Shown: positions 1 through 11,900 of the stretch, piece after piece | How positions within the stretch are numbered: the stretch's first letter is position 1 | How the letters are laid out: the number at the start of each line of letters is the position of its first letter | DNA from: Heterodontus francisci | Taxonomy: Eukaryota | Length of the DNA stretch: 64,000 bases | Direction: 5' to 3' | NCBI RefSeq assembly: GCF_036365525.1 | Contig: NC_090407.1 | Span: 24,828,084 to 24,892,083 of the forward strand | Notes under the pieces: model-generated | The model's input: only the letters and a program-made list of their open reading frames with translations | Database searches by the model: none | What the model was told of the DNA's origin: nothing | Position numbers and translations under genes: made by a program

Positions 1-2529
1 CCCATTCTTAATCACTATTGAGTGATCAGAGTTAGAAAGACATTGGGTGAGGTCAGGATCAGTCTGGTCTCACACAAAGAATGGCCACACAAGGTACTGG
101 AGGGCGTATGGGGCCAGTGGAACTGGACTCTAGCAGAGATGGAAGGGAAGAAAATTGAAAAGAAAAATGCAACTCTGCTAAATGGCAAGTTGTGTCAATT
201 GATGAACACACAATCTTGGTCACTGCCATTTCACTGAAACCTCCCTAGGTAAAGCTGATACTCAAGAAATCACACTCCAGGATCATAGCTTCATCTGTCA
301 AAAATGTATACAATAGGGAATTCAGGCATGCATTCTCCACAATTTCCCATCACTTAAGACAAAAAATACCATGGACACTGCATATATGACCTTAGTGAGT
401 GAGACTCCATGTCAGCAGTGAGATTTCATTAAATTACTCCCATTGTGTGAAACAACATTTTCTGTAACATTTAATTTAAAAAGCGAGGTGTCACGAATGT
501 AGTGTATACATAAAAAATATTCTGGCCAGTGGCAGCAACTACACAAAGGATGGGTAAAATCAGGGAAAGACTTGATAAAAGAAAACTGCAAATCCTGGAA
601 ATTTGAAAAAAAACCTAAAATGTCAGAACCACACTCGGTCAGCATCTGAGCAAAAAAAACAGGTTCGCCCAGAAATATGGGGCATGCGGGGCCGCAGGGA
701 CCAGGGAGTCCTGGGGAAACTACTTACCACTTTGGCTGGGTCTAGCAGCCTGTCCCCTTGGCATGGTTTCCCTGAGCAGAACTGGTGCTGTCATGAACTG
801 CCTCAGGGCAAACCAATCGTGGGGAGGAGGTCTCAAACAGGCAGTAGGTTCCTTATTTGCACAGGCAAAGGGCCTGCTTTACAGGTGGGTAAAGCACCTT
901 TTTTGTTCGTACCCAATATGGCAGGCGGTGCACTTCCAGCCCGAAATGAGCACACGTTTCCTAACCACCATATTGGGTCTTAGTAGTCTGACTAACATCA
1001 GGAAAAGGGGCAGTGTGCAGACTAATTTTTAGCGAGTTATTTTTTAGGTGTCTCTTCACCTATTCTTCCCTATCAGATGCTGATCGACATGCCATGCAAT
1101 AATTTTTTGCCTTTATTTCAGACTCCACTCTCTTGCTGTGACAGAATATACAGACAGCAAGCCAGCTATAAATAATTCTAAACTTGTAACATTTAATAAA
1201 TAGATTAAATACAGTTTATATTAGTTGCATTAGCTACTGGTATACAGTGACCAAACACATCAAAGTGTTGTTTCAGAAAGGTGCAGAGTACATTATTTGT
1301 TCACTGGTTAACATTTATGGTTCAAGTCTGCTAACACCTCATCTAGTCTAGTAGACACAAACTGTGTATCTGAACCTTGCTTCATTGATATTCTTCTGCA
1401 ACTTTTCACCCGGCATCCTGCAACTGAGATTACAAAAACTACAATTAGCAAAATGCTTCTCAATGCCTCAGATGAAGCCACCACAGTTTTGCACTAGGCC
1501 ACACAGATCAGCAGGTGCTGGTTCAGAAGGTTCAAATTCCTGGTCTGTCCCAATATCAGCTCTCAGCATGGACAGTGGGGGTAAGAAAGGATCACAAATG
1601 GTTTCAACACCTTACGCTGAGGAATGGGAAGGTAAAAATTCTGCCAGGTTCCCACTCCTGATCACTATCCAGTGACTGCTCCAGGGAAGTGCATGTATGT
1701 GCCTGTGGACATCAGATAAGGACAGTAACTGGCCGAGCTGTGGTGTCCCAACAACAAAAGAGGCTGCTGACATGCTGTCTAGACTCCCACATTTGGGTGA
1801 TGACTTTTAGTTTCAGTACTTCAGCAAAAGTTATCATTTTCAGGACAGGATGGAGAAAAGTGAGGCAAGGATGCAGCTGACAAGTGCATTAGGCAACAAA
1901 GTAAAGCTTCAGAATAACTAACTTGTTACACTTAATTTCTGAAAAGTCTGATGATACCTGCACTTGATTTCAACATGGGGGTGAGAGTTTCATTCTCTCT
2001 TCCCAGCAGTGTCTGTGGAGGAGAGGATTGCTACCTGCTTTTCTTCCTTTCCACCCCTCCCAATATTGTGGGAAAATACACCAGGCACAAGTCAATGAAG
2101 GATTCTCATACTGGAGGAAGACAGGGAAGGTAGGGCCAGAGGAACTAAACCTCAAAGTACAACAATTCAAGTATTTATGCAAATGCAAGAGAAAACAACG
2201 ACTCTTGCTCTTTCATATCATTACCAGTATCCCATCTGGTTTTAAATTACACTCACTCACCAACTCTCTCATCTGTTACTGTGCAAATTAAAAGAGGTTT
2301 ATGTTCTTTCTATCCAGGCAACAAAAGGTTCGTGCGGACACGGCTTTTCAACCTGTTGATTCACTTGGTCCTTTTGCTTCACTTTTCATGGTTCTTGGCA
2401 TCACAGAGCTAAACAACAAGACTGAGAAAATATTTTGGAAAAATAAAATAGAGCTGTATATTCCTGCTCTATTCAAATGTGGCTCAGATGCATTTCAGCA
2501 CAAATTTCTACCAGCAGAACTACAGAATA

Positions 2530-2956
2530 TCAATGAAGCTCAGGCCAAAAGGGCACATAGTATCGTTGTAAAATCCCTTCAAGCAGCTTGTCCATCCATA
2601 GGTGAAGTCTGTTGAGCAGCTGCTTGGTCCGTTTCACAGATGAATTGCAGCTGTGTGGAGATTGATGTGGGCTGTTTGTTTCCATTCCAGTATCTGCCCC
2701 ATTGCCACCTTGTGTTGGTTCCAAGCCATTTAGTGTGCTGCTGTTCTCGGTTCCATTATAGAGTTCAGGTTTGAACAGGCAGAAGTAGTTCCGGTGTCCA
2801 TTTAATGCCAACACATAGCCAATGTAGTTCTGGTTGTGGTTACTTTCATCTTGTGCACTGGAAATTCGAGCAGGATCCTGGGCAAACTCTAACAGATCTC
2901 CCAGCCACCTACGATGTTTCGATAAGTTTAAAAAGGAGAAGTGTAGTGATTTATTC
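2530..2956 (-). CDS. DNAJC16: DNAJC16 last coding exon
   Basis: NKSLHFSFLNLSKHRRWLGDLLEFAQD...GYVLALNGHRNYFCLFKP...LHLWMDKLLEGILQRYYVPFWPELH-TGA. Confidence 0.96.
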
Positions 2957-5900
2957 CTGTGGCAAAATTTAAAAAAAAAAATCCTTTAAAGAGTTCATCA
3001 GCAAACTATAGATATCTCCCAAAATAAAAATATTGGAAATTAAAATTAAATTAGAAATTGCTAAACATATACAGCAGGGTCTGTCAGCACCTTTAAAGAG
3101 ACTAACCAGGTTTATGTTTCACCTTCTCCCTACACAATTAATCTTCAAATGCTGACAGGTCTGCAGCTTATTTCCATCATTTTCTGTTATTATAGATCTA
3201 TAACTGAACACTTACAGTCTTTTCAATCAGTAGCAGTAGTAAACAAATAGTTCCAACTATATGGTTAATGATTCTTTTCAGAACTTAGATTTTTCCCCCT
3301 GTCTAAACAGATTAAAAATTAACATTTAAGGTTCTCGCTGAGAACTCAGCGATGCTCTCTGTGGAGTATTAGATGATCTACCTTTAGTATGGACTTCATT
3401 ATTCTTTAAATTAAGTTTTACCACTACATATCATAGAATCACAGTTTACAGCACAGGAGACTACCATATGGCCCATCATGTCTGTCCCTGTCTGGACTAG
3501 TACTTAACAGATTAGAACATCCATCATCCCATGGGGAAAATCTGCTGGGGTCATTATCCTGTCAAGAACTTTGATCCATTGTACATTGGTTCTAGTTGAA
3601 TGACCTAGTGGCCAGGTCACGTATGGTTCTTCAGGCAATTTCATCATCTCTCTGGCACAGCATCATACTAGTCAAAGCAAATTACTGCGGAAGCTGGAAA
3701 TCTGAAATAAAAACAAAGTGCTGGCAGCATCTGTGGAGAGGGAAGCAGAGTTAACGTTTCAGGTCTGTGAACTTTCATCAGAACCTGACTGACCTGAGTA
3801 TTTCCAGCACTTTGTTTTCATATAAATACTAGTCAACTGAGCTCCAGAGCTGGTGTTGGTCCAGGTTGAATAACTTTGAGTCAGAAAGTGAAGTGGCCTG
3901 CGATCAATCCATCAAGAGTAAGAGAAAGACCACAATGTCAGTGAAGGAGCCTCCTCTCAGAGGCTTCATAAAAGGGCTCCTTTAGCATTGTCTTCAGTAA
4001 CTGAAGGCTTATCCTAACATAAGCATGTTTTCTTAAGATGGTGACAACAGCTCCACCAAGCCACCAACTCCAAGAAGGGATGTCCCATAGAACCTCTCTG
4101 CCGAGGTCAGGTTCTGTCACCCAAAGTGATGAGCCGCCATAGTGTTCATTATATCGTTCAAGAACTGTGGCTATTTTTGCAGAAGTACAAAGGAACCATC
4201 TATGTGTGAGGAGGAAACATGTAGGGAAGGTTTTCATTCCAGAAGCTACTACAAACAACAGGGAGAACATCTGATGAGAAGAGGAATTTCTTAAATGGAC
4301 AGTAGCCCTGTGATTTTGCCCATCTCCTTGAAGGCAATCCTTGTAGGATATGGAGGTAGAACAGGTAAGGGTGAATTTGAATTGTGGCATAAAGGTACAG
4401 AAATATGTCATCAGTTTAACAATAGTGGAACTAATACTTTTTGTAGTAAACAAGCGGCACAGTGGTGCTGTGATTAGCACCGCAGCCTCACAGCTCCAGC
4501 GACCCGGGTTCAGTTCTGGGTACTGCCTGTGCGGAGTTTGCAAGTTCTCCCTGTGACTGCGTGGGTTTCCGCCGGGTGCTCCGGTTTCCTCCCACAGCCA
4601 AAGACTTGCAGATTGATAGGTAAATTGCCCCTAGTGTAGGTAGGTGGTAGGAGAATGATGGGGGTGTAGTAGGGAATATGGGATTAAGGTAGGGTTAGTA
4701 TAAACAGTCGGCACAGACTCGGTGGGCCGAAGGGCCTGTTTCAATGCTGTATCTCTAAATAAATAAATAAAATAAATAATGTGGCCAACGTTAACTTACA
4801 TAATGGTTCAGCTGATTAAAGCAATGAATAGCTGAGTCATACTGACCAGAAAGGTCACATATTTGATTCCTGGGCTGTGCAGAGTTGGCTGATCTCAGTG
4901 GGGGCCCAAAATTGGCCTCAGTGCCCTGGGTGAAGGGGCAAAAAAATCTGCCAGGGTTCACATTCCAGTTTACTATTCAGTTACCCCTGCTTGAAATATG
5001 GATGTGTGCACCTCAAGTGAGGATCAACTGTGTTAACTCCTGTGGTTGACTAACTTGCTGAAACTCAAAATTCAGGCTCACACTTGGGTGATGGGTGCTA
5101 TGGAACCGTATTCCAGCAAGGAGTCAAGGTCTTCAGGGCAGAAGGGAAAAAAATGTCAAAGAAAGGAAAAAGAAATTGTTGCCAATGCCAATTTAAAAGA
5201 AAATCCTGATCATTGGAATGTGATTCCTCTTGGTGTGTCTATATGGGAGGGGGGTGTGGTTGGTGCCAGACTGGGTAGAGGTAAACAATGCTAAAAGTTA
5301 TTCAACTGTAGGAGAAATCAGGCCAGTGCCCAATAATGTTCTCGTCTTACACGTACTTCACTGCAAGGGTCAGTCAATAGTGATCAGGAGCAGGAACCCT
5401 GGCTGATAATCCTCTCTCGTCAGTCCAACCAGTGCTACTACTGTGCCATCTAAACTCAGCATAGACTAAGGACTGAACCTGGGATCTTCTGATAGCTCAG
5501 TAGTGCATCTGAATTTCCCAGCAGAGTCTCCATGTGATTTCCCACCACCCGCATATTGCACTCACCAGGTAACAGGATAGACTTCATGTGCAAACTTCTG
5601 AATTAAAGCATTCTTTGTAGCATCAGTAACCACAACCAGCACATTGATGTTTCCAGGCATCAGCCGCACAAGGTTGCTACTATAGTTGATATAGGTCAGT
5701 TCAGTCACTTCCACAAAACTCTGCTCCGGGGACCTATTATAATAAAGAATTCATAACTAGTGGAGCCTTCTTCATTCTTCAGATCTGATTATATCCTTCA
5801 CATACAGCTCGAGTAACCCCTGCCTGCTAGGTAGGTTTCAAGAACAAATGCCATGAAGGATGATGTCCCTTTAAGACTTTTGACATTCACTGTCGCTGGG

Positions 5901-8900
5901 TAAACATTCTGGGGCTCCCTCCCCAACTGTACTACAAAAATACCTTTATCACACAGGCCTCAGCGGTTAAAGGCGGCGGCTCACCGCCACCTCTTCAAGG
6001 GCAATTAGGGAGGGGCAAAAATGCTGGCCTTGTCAGAGACATCCATGAATGAATAAATTTACAAAAAGAGTTGCATGTGTGATCCCCTTCCCTTCCATGT
6101 CATATACAAATTCACCCATTTAATACCCCTCATAGTACACATTCTTTGTGAAAACCCAGACAGGGCATGTCAACAGGTTCATCAACTCTGGTGGGCGTTG
6201 AGCCCAAAGCTGTTCTTGCCTGACACTCTCACTTTCCAGCAAGAGCCAACGAACAGTCTTGAGGTACACAGACAGACAATGTGTGACACTGTGCACCCTT
6301 GTACATGCATATCTCAGATTCAGGGCATCTCAGTGTGTGACCAGTACAGGGCGTGGCTTAGGAGACATTACTGAATGCATTTGATTCAGAGTGGTAGGTT
6401 AGGTATGCTGAGGCCAATAGTCCCAAGTGCTGCAAGTCAGAGACAGACAGAAAAACATGCAAGTGAATTGCTGTACCTTGAATTCTTGGAGGTGTCGATT
6501 TGCTGCTTTTTTGATGCATCCTGAACCTTGGCTGTTGCTGGTTCTTGTTCTTCCTCAGACCTACTTTCCAAGTCACTCGGTTCCCTGAAATTTTTAAATA
6601 AATTGATTCGATATGCGGAAACCTTTCTTCTCCAGATCAGAAGTGCACTTCTCCAGTTCCCAAATTGTGGTACGTTTTGCTATTTGGTCTTGACTCCCAT
6701 GTGCAACAGCACAGGTGATCAATTAGTATATATAAATAACATATACTGCGTCAAATGCACTTGTCAAACCTCAATGTGTCACACATGCACTGAACGTGTC
6801 ACAGGTTGGCTCAAAAATCATGTTCATGAAACAGCAACAAATGACACCTGCAAAACCTTAAAACAACAACTTGATTTATATAGTTCCTTTAAAGTACAAA
6901 ATGCCCCAAGGAACTTCACAGAGGTCTGATCAGATATAAATGTACACTAAGCCAACTGAGGAGATATTCGGAGGGGTGCCAAAAGCTTGTTCAAATAGGT
7001 GGGTTTTAAAGAGTCTTATAGAAGGAGACAGAGGTAGAGAAGTCCACAAAGGGAATTCTACAGCATGGGACCTTGACAGCTGAAGCTATAGCCATCAATG
7101 GAAGATGGGATGCACAAAAGACCAGATTCAGAGGAACTTAAGAATATGGCAGGCAGAAAATTTATCAGCTGGTCCATCAAGCCAGCCCCATGAAGGAAGA
7201 GTTCTAGCAAGTATGTAAGGCTAGAGGAAGTTATAGAACCTGGGAACTCAAGGCCTTGAAGGATGGAACTTTTAAACTGGAGAGGTTGGGTGGGGTGGGG
7301 TGGGGTGGGATCTGCGTCCAATGTAGTCAGCAAGGACCGGGTAAATGAGTGAACAGGACTTGATGCGGGTTAGGAAGCTGACCAGGAGACCAGTAGAGGT
7401 AGTCAAGTCTGGTGGTGACGCAGTCCTGGATGTGGATTGGCAAAAGCATGATGGAAGCAGGTGATGTAGCCGGTTTTTGTGATGGAGAGGATATGGGGTT
7501 GAAAATTAAGCTCAGAGTCAAATACAACGACGAGTTTGCAAACAATCTGGTACAATGCAAGAAGACAGTAGCTGGGGGAGGGAATCAGTGGCAAGGGTAC
7601 AGGGTTTGTGGTGGGAGTTGAACACAATATTTAACTGTTGACTCAAGACTGCATGGTGCATAAGTAGTCTGACAACACAGAGGTAGTAGAGGGTTTGAGA
7701 GTGATCGTACATACAAGTCGCCATTGCTAATAATGGGTGCGTTGGTGTTAATGCCATTTGCCTACAATGCACAATGTACAGTAAAACCAAAAATGCACTG
7801 GAACATATTTTACAAAACAGGCAAACTCCACCTAGCAACTAGCTCTACCAATTGTTAACAGTTGCATCCAGACTCTCATCACACAGGTAATCACACTTTG
7901 ACAGTTGCCTAAAACTACTTGAAGGCCCAAGTTTGCCTGAAGTCAGTAGATGCTTTTAAATCAGTAAATACAATAACAGGGCACTTGCACGCTGTGAACA
8001 GCTCATTTAAATGGTGTGTCTAGTGACACCACTGTGGTGCAAATAAAGGAATTGCTTATTCTCACCACTGGGATGTGGGAGAACAATACTCACCCAACAC
8101 TTTGTATGAAATGTCCAATTTGATCCAGTCTGCTGTAGAGTAATTCAAGCTCTCTGCAATGTGTAATTTTGATCCAATCATTGTCAGGCAGGTGAAAGAG
8201 CTCAGGGAAATCACAGCACCGACACTCCCGATTCCAGGGAAATCACAGCGCCGACACTCCCGATTCCAGGGAAATCACAGCGCCGACACTCCCGAGTTCA
8301 GAGAAGTCACAGTGTTAACAGTCCAGAGTTCAGAGCATATGCAGTGCTAACACTACCAAATTCAGACAAGAAGGGATGAGGCCATGGTGGAAGTTGAACA
8401 TGAGGATTAGAATTTTAAAAGCAAAGCGTTGCCAGATCAGGAGGCAATGTAGGTGGGTGAGCATGGTGATGATGGGCACTGAGTTAAGATATGGGCAGCA
8501 ATGCTTTGAATGAGCTCAAGTTTATGGAGGGTAGAAGATGAGGCGCCAGCCAGGAGCATTGGAATAGTCGAGTCCGGAGGTTGATACGGCTAAATGCCAA
8601 CTCACTAGTGCAATTCTGGAACACTGTTTTGACAGGGAGTTACATCTACTACATTGAAACTGCAGTTTCTGAGCAGTCTAGGCCACTTTGAGACTTCCAT
8701 CTCTGGAAGCACTGACTTACCACTATACAAGTCACAACAACTCTATACCCTACTCCTAATGTCCGGCTGGTAGCTACATTGATCTCCTGGCCTGCTCCAG
8801 TTACCAGGGTCTTCCTCACTTCATATCTTGGCTCCCTCATTGCAGTGCAAGTGAAAGTTCTGGACTCCTCCAATTATTCCATCAAAGGTACCATGAGAAA

Positions 8901-11900
8901 AGAGACACCCACCACTGCCTGCATGAGAAACCAATATTTCTGAACCATTGATCTTTAACAGCCCAAGCCCCTGAGATCATGGTCTTGGAATGCCCAGTTG
9001 AGGTCTCTTGCTTATATCACCTGGGGAGTCTGATGTCTCCTCAAAGTTGCCCGTTCCTGCTGCTCACTGCTGGGATCTAGCCAATAATATCTGCACTATG
9101 TCAGTAAAAGCACTTCCCTAAATAGGTGTATCTGAACTGTTGCTTGAGTAAACAAGATGGTACAACAGAATGGATCAATCAGCTGCAGGAAAGATCCTTC
9201 TGGAGACACCAAGCTTCTCAGATTATTTTTTCTCTGAGCATTCAGCACCTTTGAGGAATGCGAAGGAGAACCAACTGTTCATCACAAGGTTGTACTGCTT
9301 GAGTACTGCAATGTTTCCCTGCACCTCATCAAGAGCTGACTGCTGCCATTCTCACAGAATTTTGGCCCTTGCCAATCCAGAGGTGGGTGACAATTTTTGA
9401 AGCATCATGCACAAAGATACTAACAGAACTCAGCGAGGAGGCAGAAAAATGGTTCTGTGGCCAGACGGAGGAGCTGCACACCAGCTATTTCCATGGTTTA
9501 GGGATGCCCAAATGGACAAGCAGGTGAGTGAAGTAGTTATGAGGACAGGCCAAACTGGCAAGCCCATGAATGAACACTTCAATCCGATGTGGTGTGTTGT
9601 AGCCATTTCAGAGGCTGAAATGGACAAATCCACAGCATTGACCCTTTACATAATTTGTGCTGCTCGTTTGGTTTAGTGAGGTGCATTGCATTCAACTAGA
9701 GCAGGTAAGGGTGACATCATTGGAAGTGACATCACGAGCAGAGACATAGCTTTAGCACGTGTTGAGTGACCTCATCGGGTGCCTAGTGCATGCAAAGAAG
9801 GATGACATCACAGGTCAATTGAGACCCACACTAATCACTTCATCAAACTGAACTGCGATGACTGATGAGGCATCGTGCATGGGTTATGGATTTTTAAAAA
9901 TTATTTTCAGGTTTATTGGCTAGAATGTGGTTGGGAGGTGGTGGGGAGAAAGGTGTACGGAGGACGTTCTACTCCAGAAAGCCAGTTGGTGAAGGATAGA
10001 ACAGTAGTCAATCTTTACACACTTTTATATTTATTCACATTACAAACATACACCCACTAACCCAACAATCACAATTTCAGTCTCTGTCCATTTATAGGGA
10101 TTCAAGTGAATCACCAGTTAATGTCCACCACTTGCATATAATTAAGTACAATTAATATACAATTAACAGGGGACACATTTTAGTGAATAATGGCACTGCA
10201 TCCTAAATTCAGGCCATCCAATGACCTCACTTGACACGCACATGCCAGACCTTCTGATAAATCGCTTGCTGCTATTCATGATCAAAAGCATGATCCGGAT
10301 CGGGGGTGGGAAGAAAAAGAGTGGGAGAATGTGATCTAGATCTCAGGGATGTTGTGGGGGGGTGCGGGGCGGGGAAGAGAGAGGGTGGTGCCTGGGGAGA
10401 AAAAAAAGAATATGATCCATCTCCCAACTGGATTATGCTCTCCCTCTCTTCCCCTTAGAGCTATTCCCACTCGAACTGTGGTCTCCCCATGTTCTGCTTC
10501 CCACCAATTCCCACTATTTCCCCGCCACCCTGCTCTGCTTCCTACAGGCTCCTGCACTTCACCTCTCCACCCACCGAGCTCCGCTCCCTCCATGCTCTGT
10601 TCTCCCAGTGTACTGAATACGGAGGATAGATGTGAACAGATCAGACCACTTATCACTGGGCATCGCTTAACATTTGCCCACCACATACTTCACATCAACT
10701 TTTTGCATGAAGCTGCACCGCCCGCCCCCCAAAATACAGAAAGCAGACAGCAAGTCTATTGGCATCCCAAAGAGAAAAGATAGGTTCACGTTTTGGGCAA
10801 AGCCTCTTCCTCAGAACTCAGGGTTCTTCACTCAAAACACAAACCTGAATTTTTCTTTTTCAGATTCTGATGGACCCGTTAGGTACTTCCAGTTTTCAGG
10901 GTATTTTTGTACTTCTATGATATGAAACTTCATGTTTCTTACCCAAAGGCTTGAATGATGAATGCTCCAAAAAGAATGAAAACCACAGAAAAAAGCAGAG
11001 AAATCAAAGGCATCATTTCCCTCCTGAGACAGAAAAAGAAAGTTAGCAGACTGCAATCAGTTGCTGGGTAATAAAAAAACATATACTTAACAGTGGAAAC
11101 ATACTGACCAGCTGATGCACAGGAATTTTAACGTGATCAATGAGCAACAAGGAATAGTTGTAAAAATCCAAAAACACAACATCTAGCTAATAATGAGCCA
11201 AGCCCTGTAAGTCTGACAGCCAGTGAGTGTTTTGGGTAGATGGAAGCAAATTTTTTGCCGCAGTAAAGAAACATCAAACTCAAATCCATTGCTTTCAATA
11301 ATAACAGCACAAGCAACTCCAGCATGAAACAGCAGGTCTACCCCAGCAGCACTGATCCCAGCAAACATCTGCATTAAACATCTTGATGAAAACACATTTT
11401 CAGCAAACTATACTCCGGAACCTTAAACCCATTTTCTTAATTTAAAATGAAACCAGTTAGTATTTTATTTTTGTTATTGAGAGCCCCAGCTAAAGGCGAA
11501 GACTGGATAGTGAATTTGAAAAGAATAAAACAGAAAAAGTGATCAATTAAGAAATAGTGGTTATATGAAACCAAGCTTGGATTTTAAAGTTGAAGAGAAC
11601 AAATATGAGAATGAAACATAAAGGAGTGAGAGTCTGTTTGATTCTCAAGATCTACCCCCCTATTGTACCAACTTCAGATAAGTTAGTGATGGAGTGATTG
11701 GGAGACATAAAGGTTCAATTTCACAGGTTAAGGTGATTTAGGGAAAAGAAATCAGCCAGGATCCTTTTGAAGACTTTGGGACTCTTTGCTGTGGAAGAGT
11801 TCATAGGCTCCAGGTGCCCAACAATACTTTGTCTAACTGGTAATTATTCATCTGCGAACCTTGACAGTGAGTATAATCAGATTCTCCATTAAAGGCATTG

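Noticed and set aside
4271-4300. CTGATGA motif (also ~9862) as a possible hammerhead or snoRNA box
   Set aside because: No stem II and GAAA downstream, and no paired C/D boxes with a terminal stem.
4454-4530. tRNA-like sequences (also ~24000, ~41280, ~42025)
   Set aside because: They are SINE heads continuing into SINE bodies; no complete cloverleaf followed by a terminator.
3938-4543. 201-aa minus-strand ORF
   Set aside because: Starts inside an antisense V-SINE, no recognisable domain, intronic; chance ORF.
8203-8300. 32-bp repeats resembling a CRISPR array in unit length
   Set aside because: Units are contiguous with no unique spacers, the context is a vertebrate intron and there are no cas genes.
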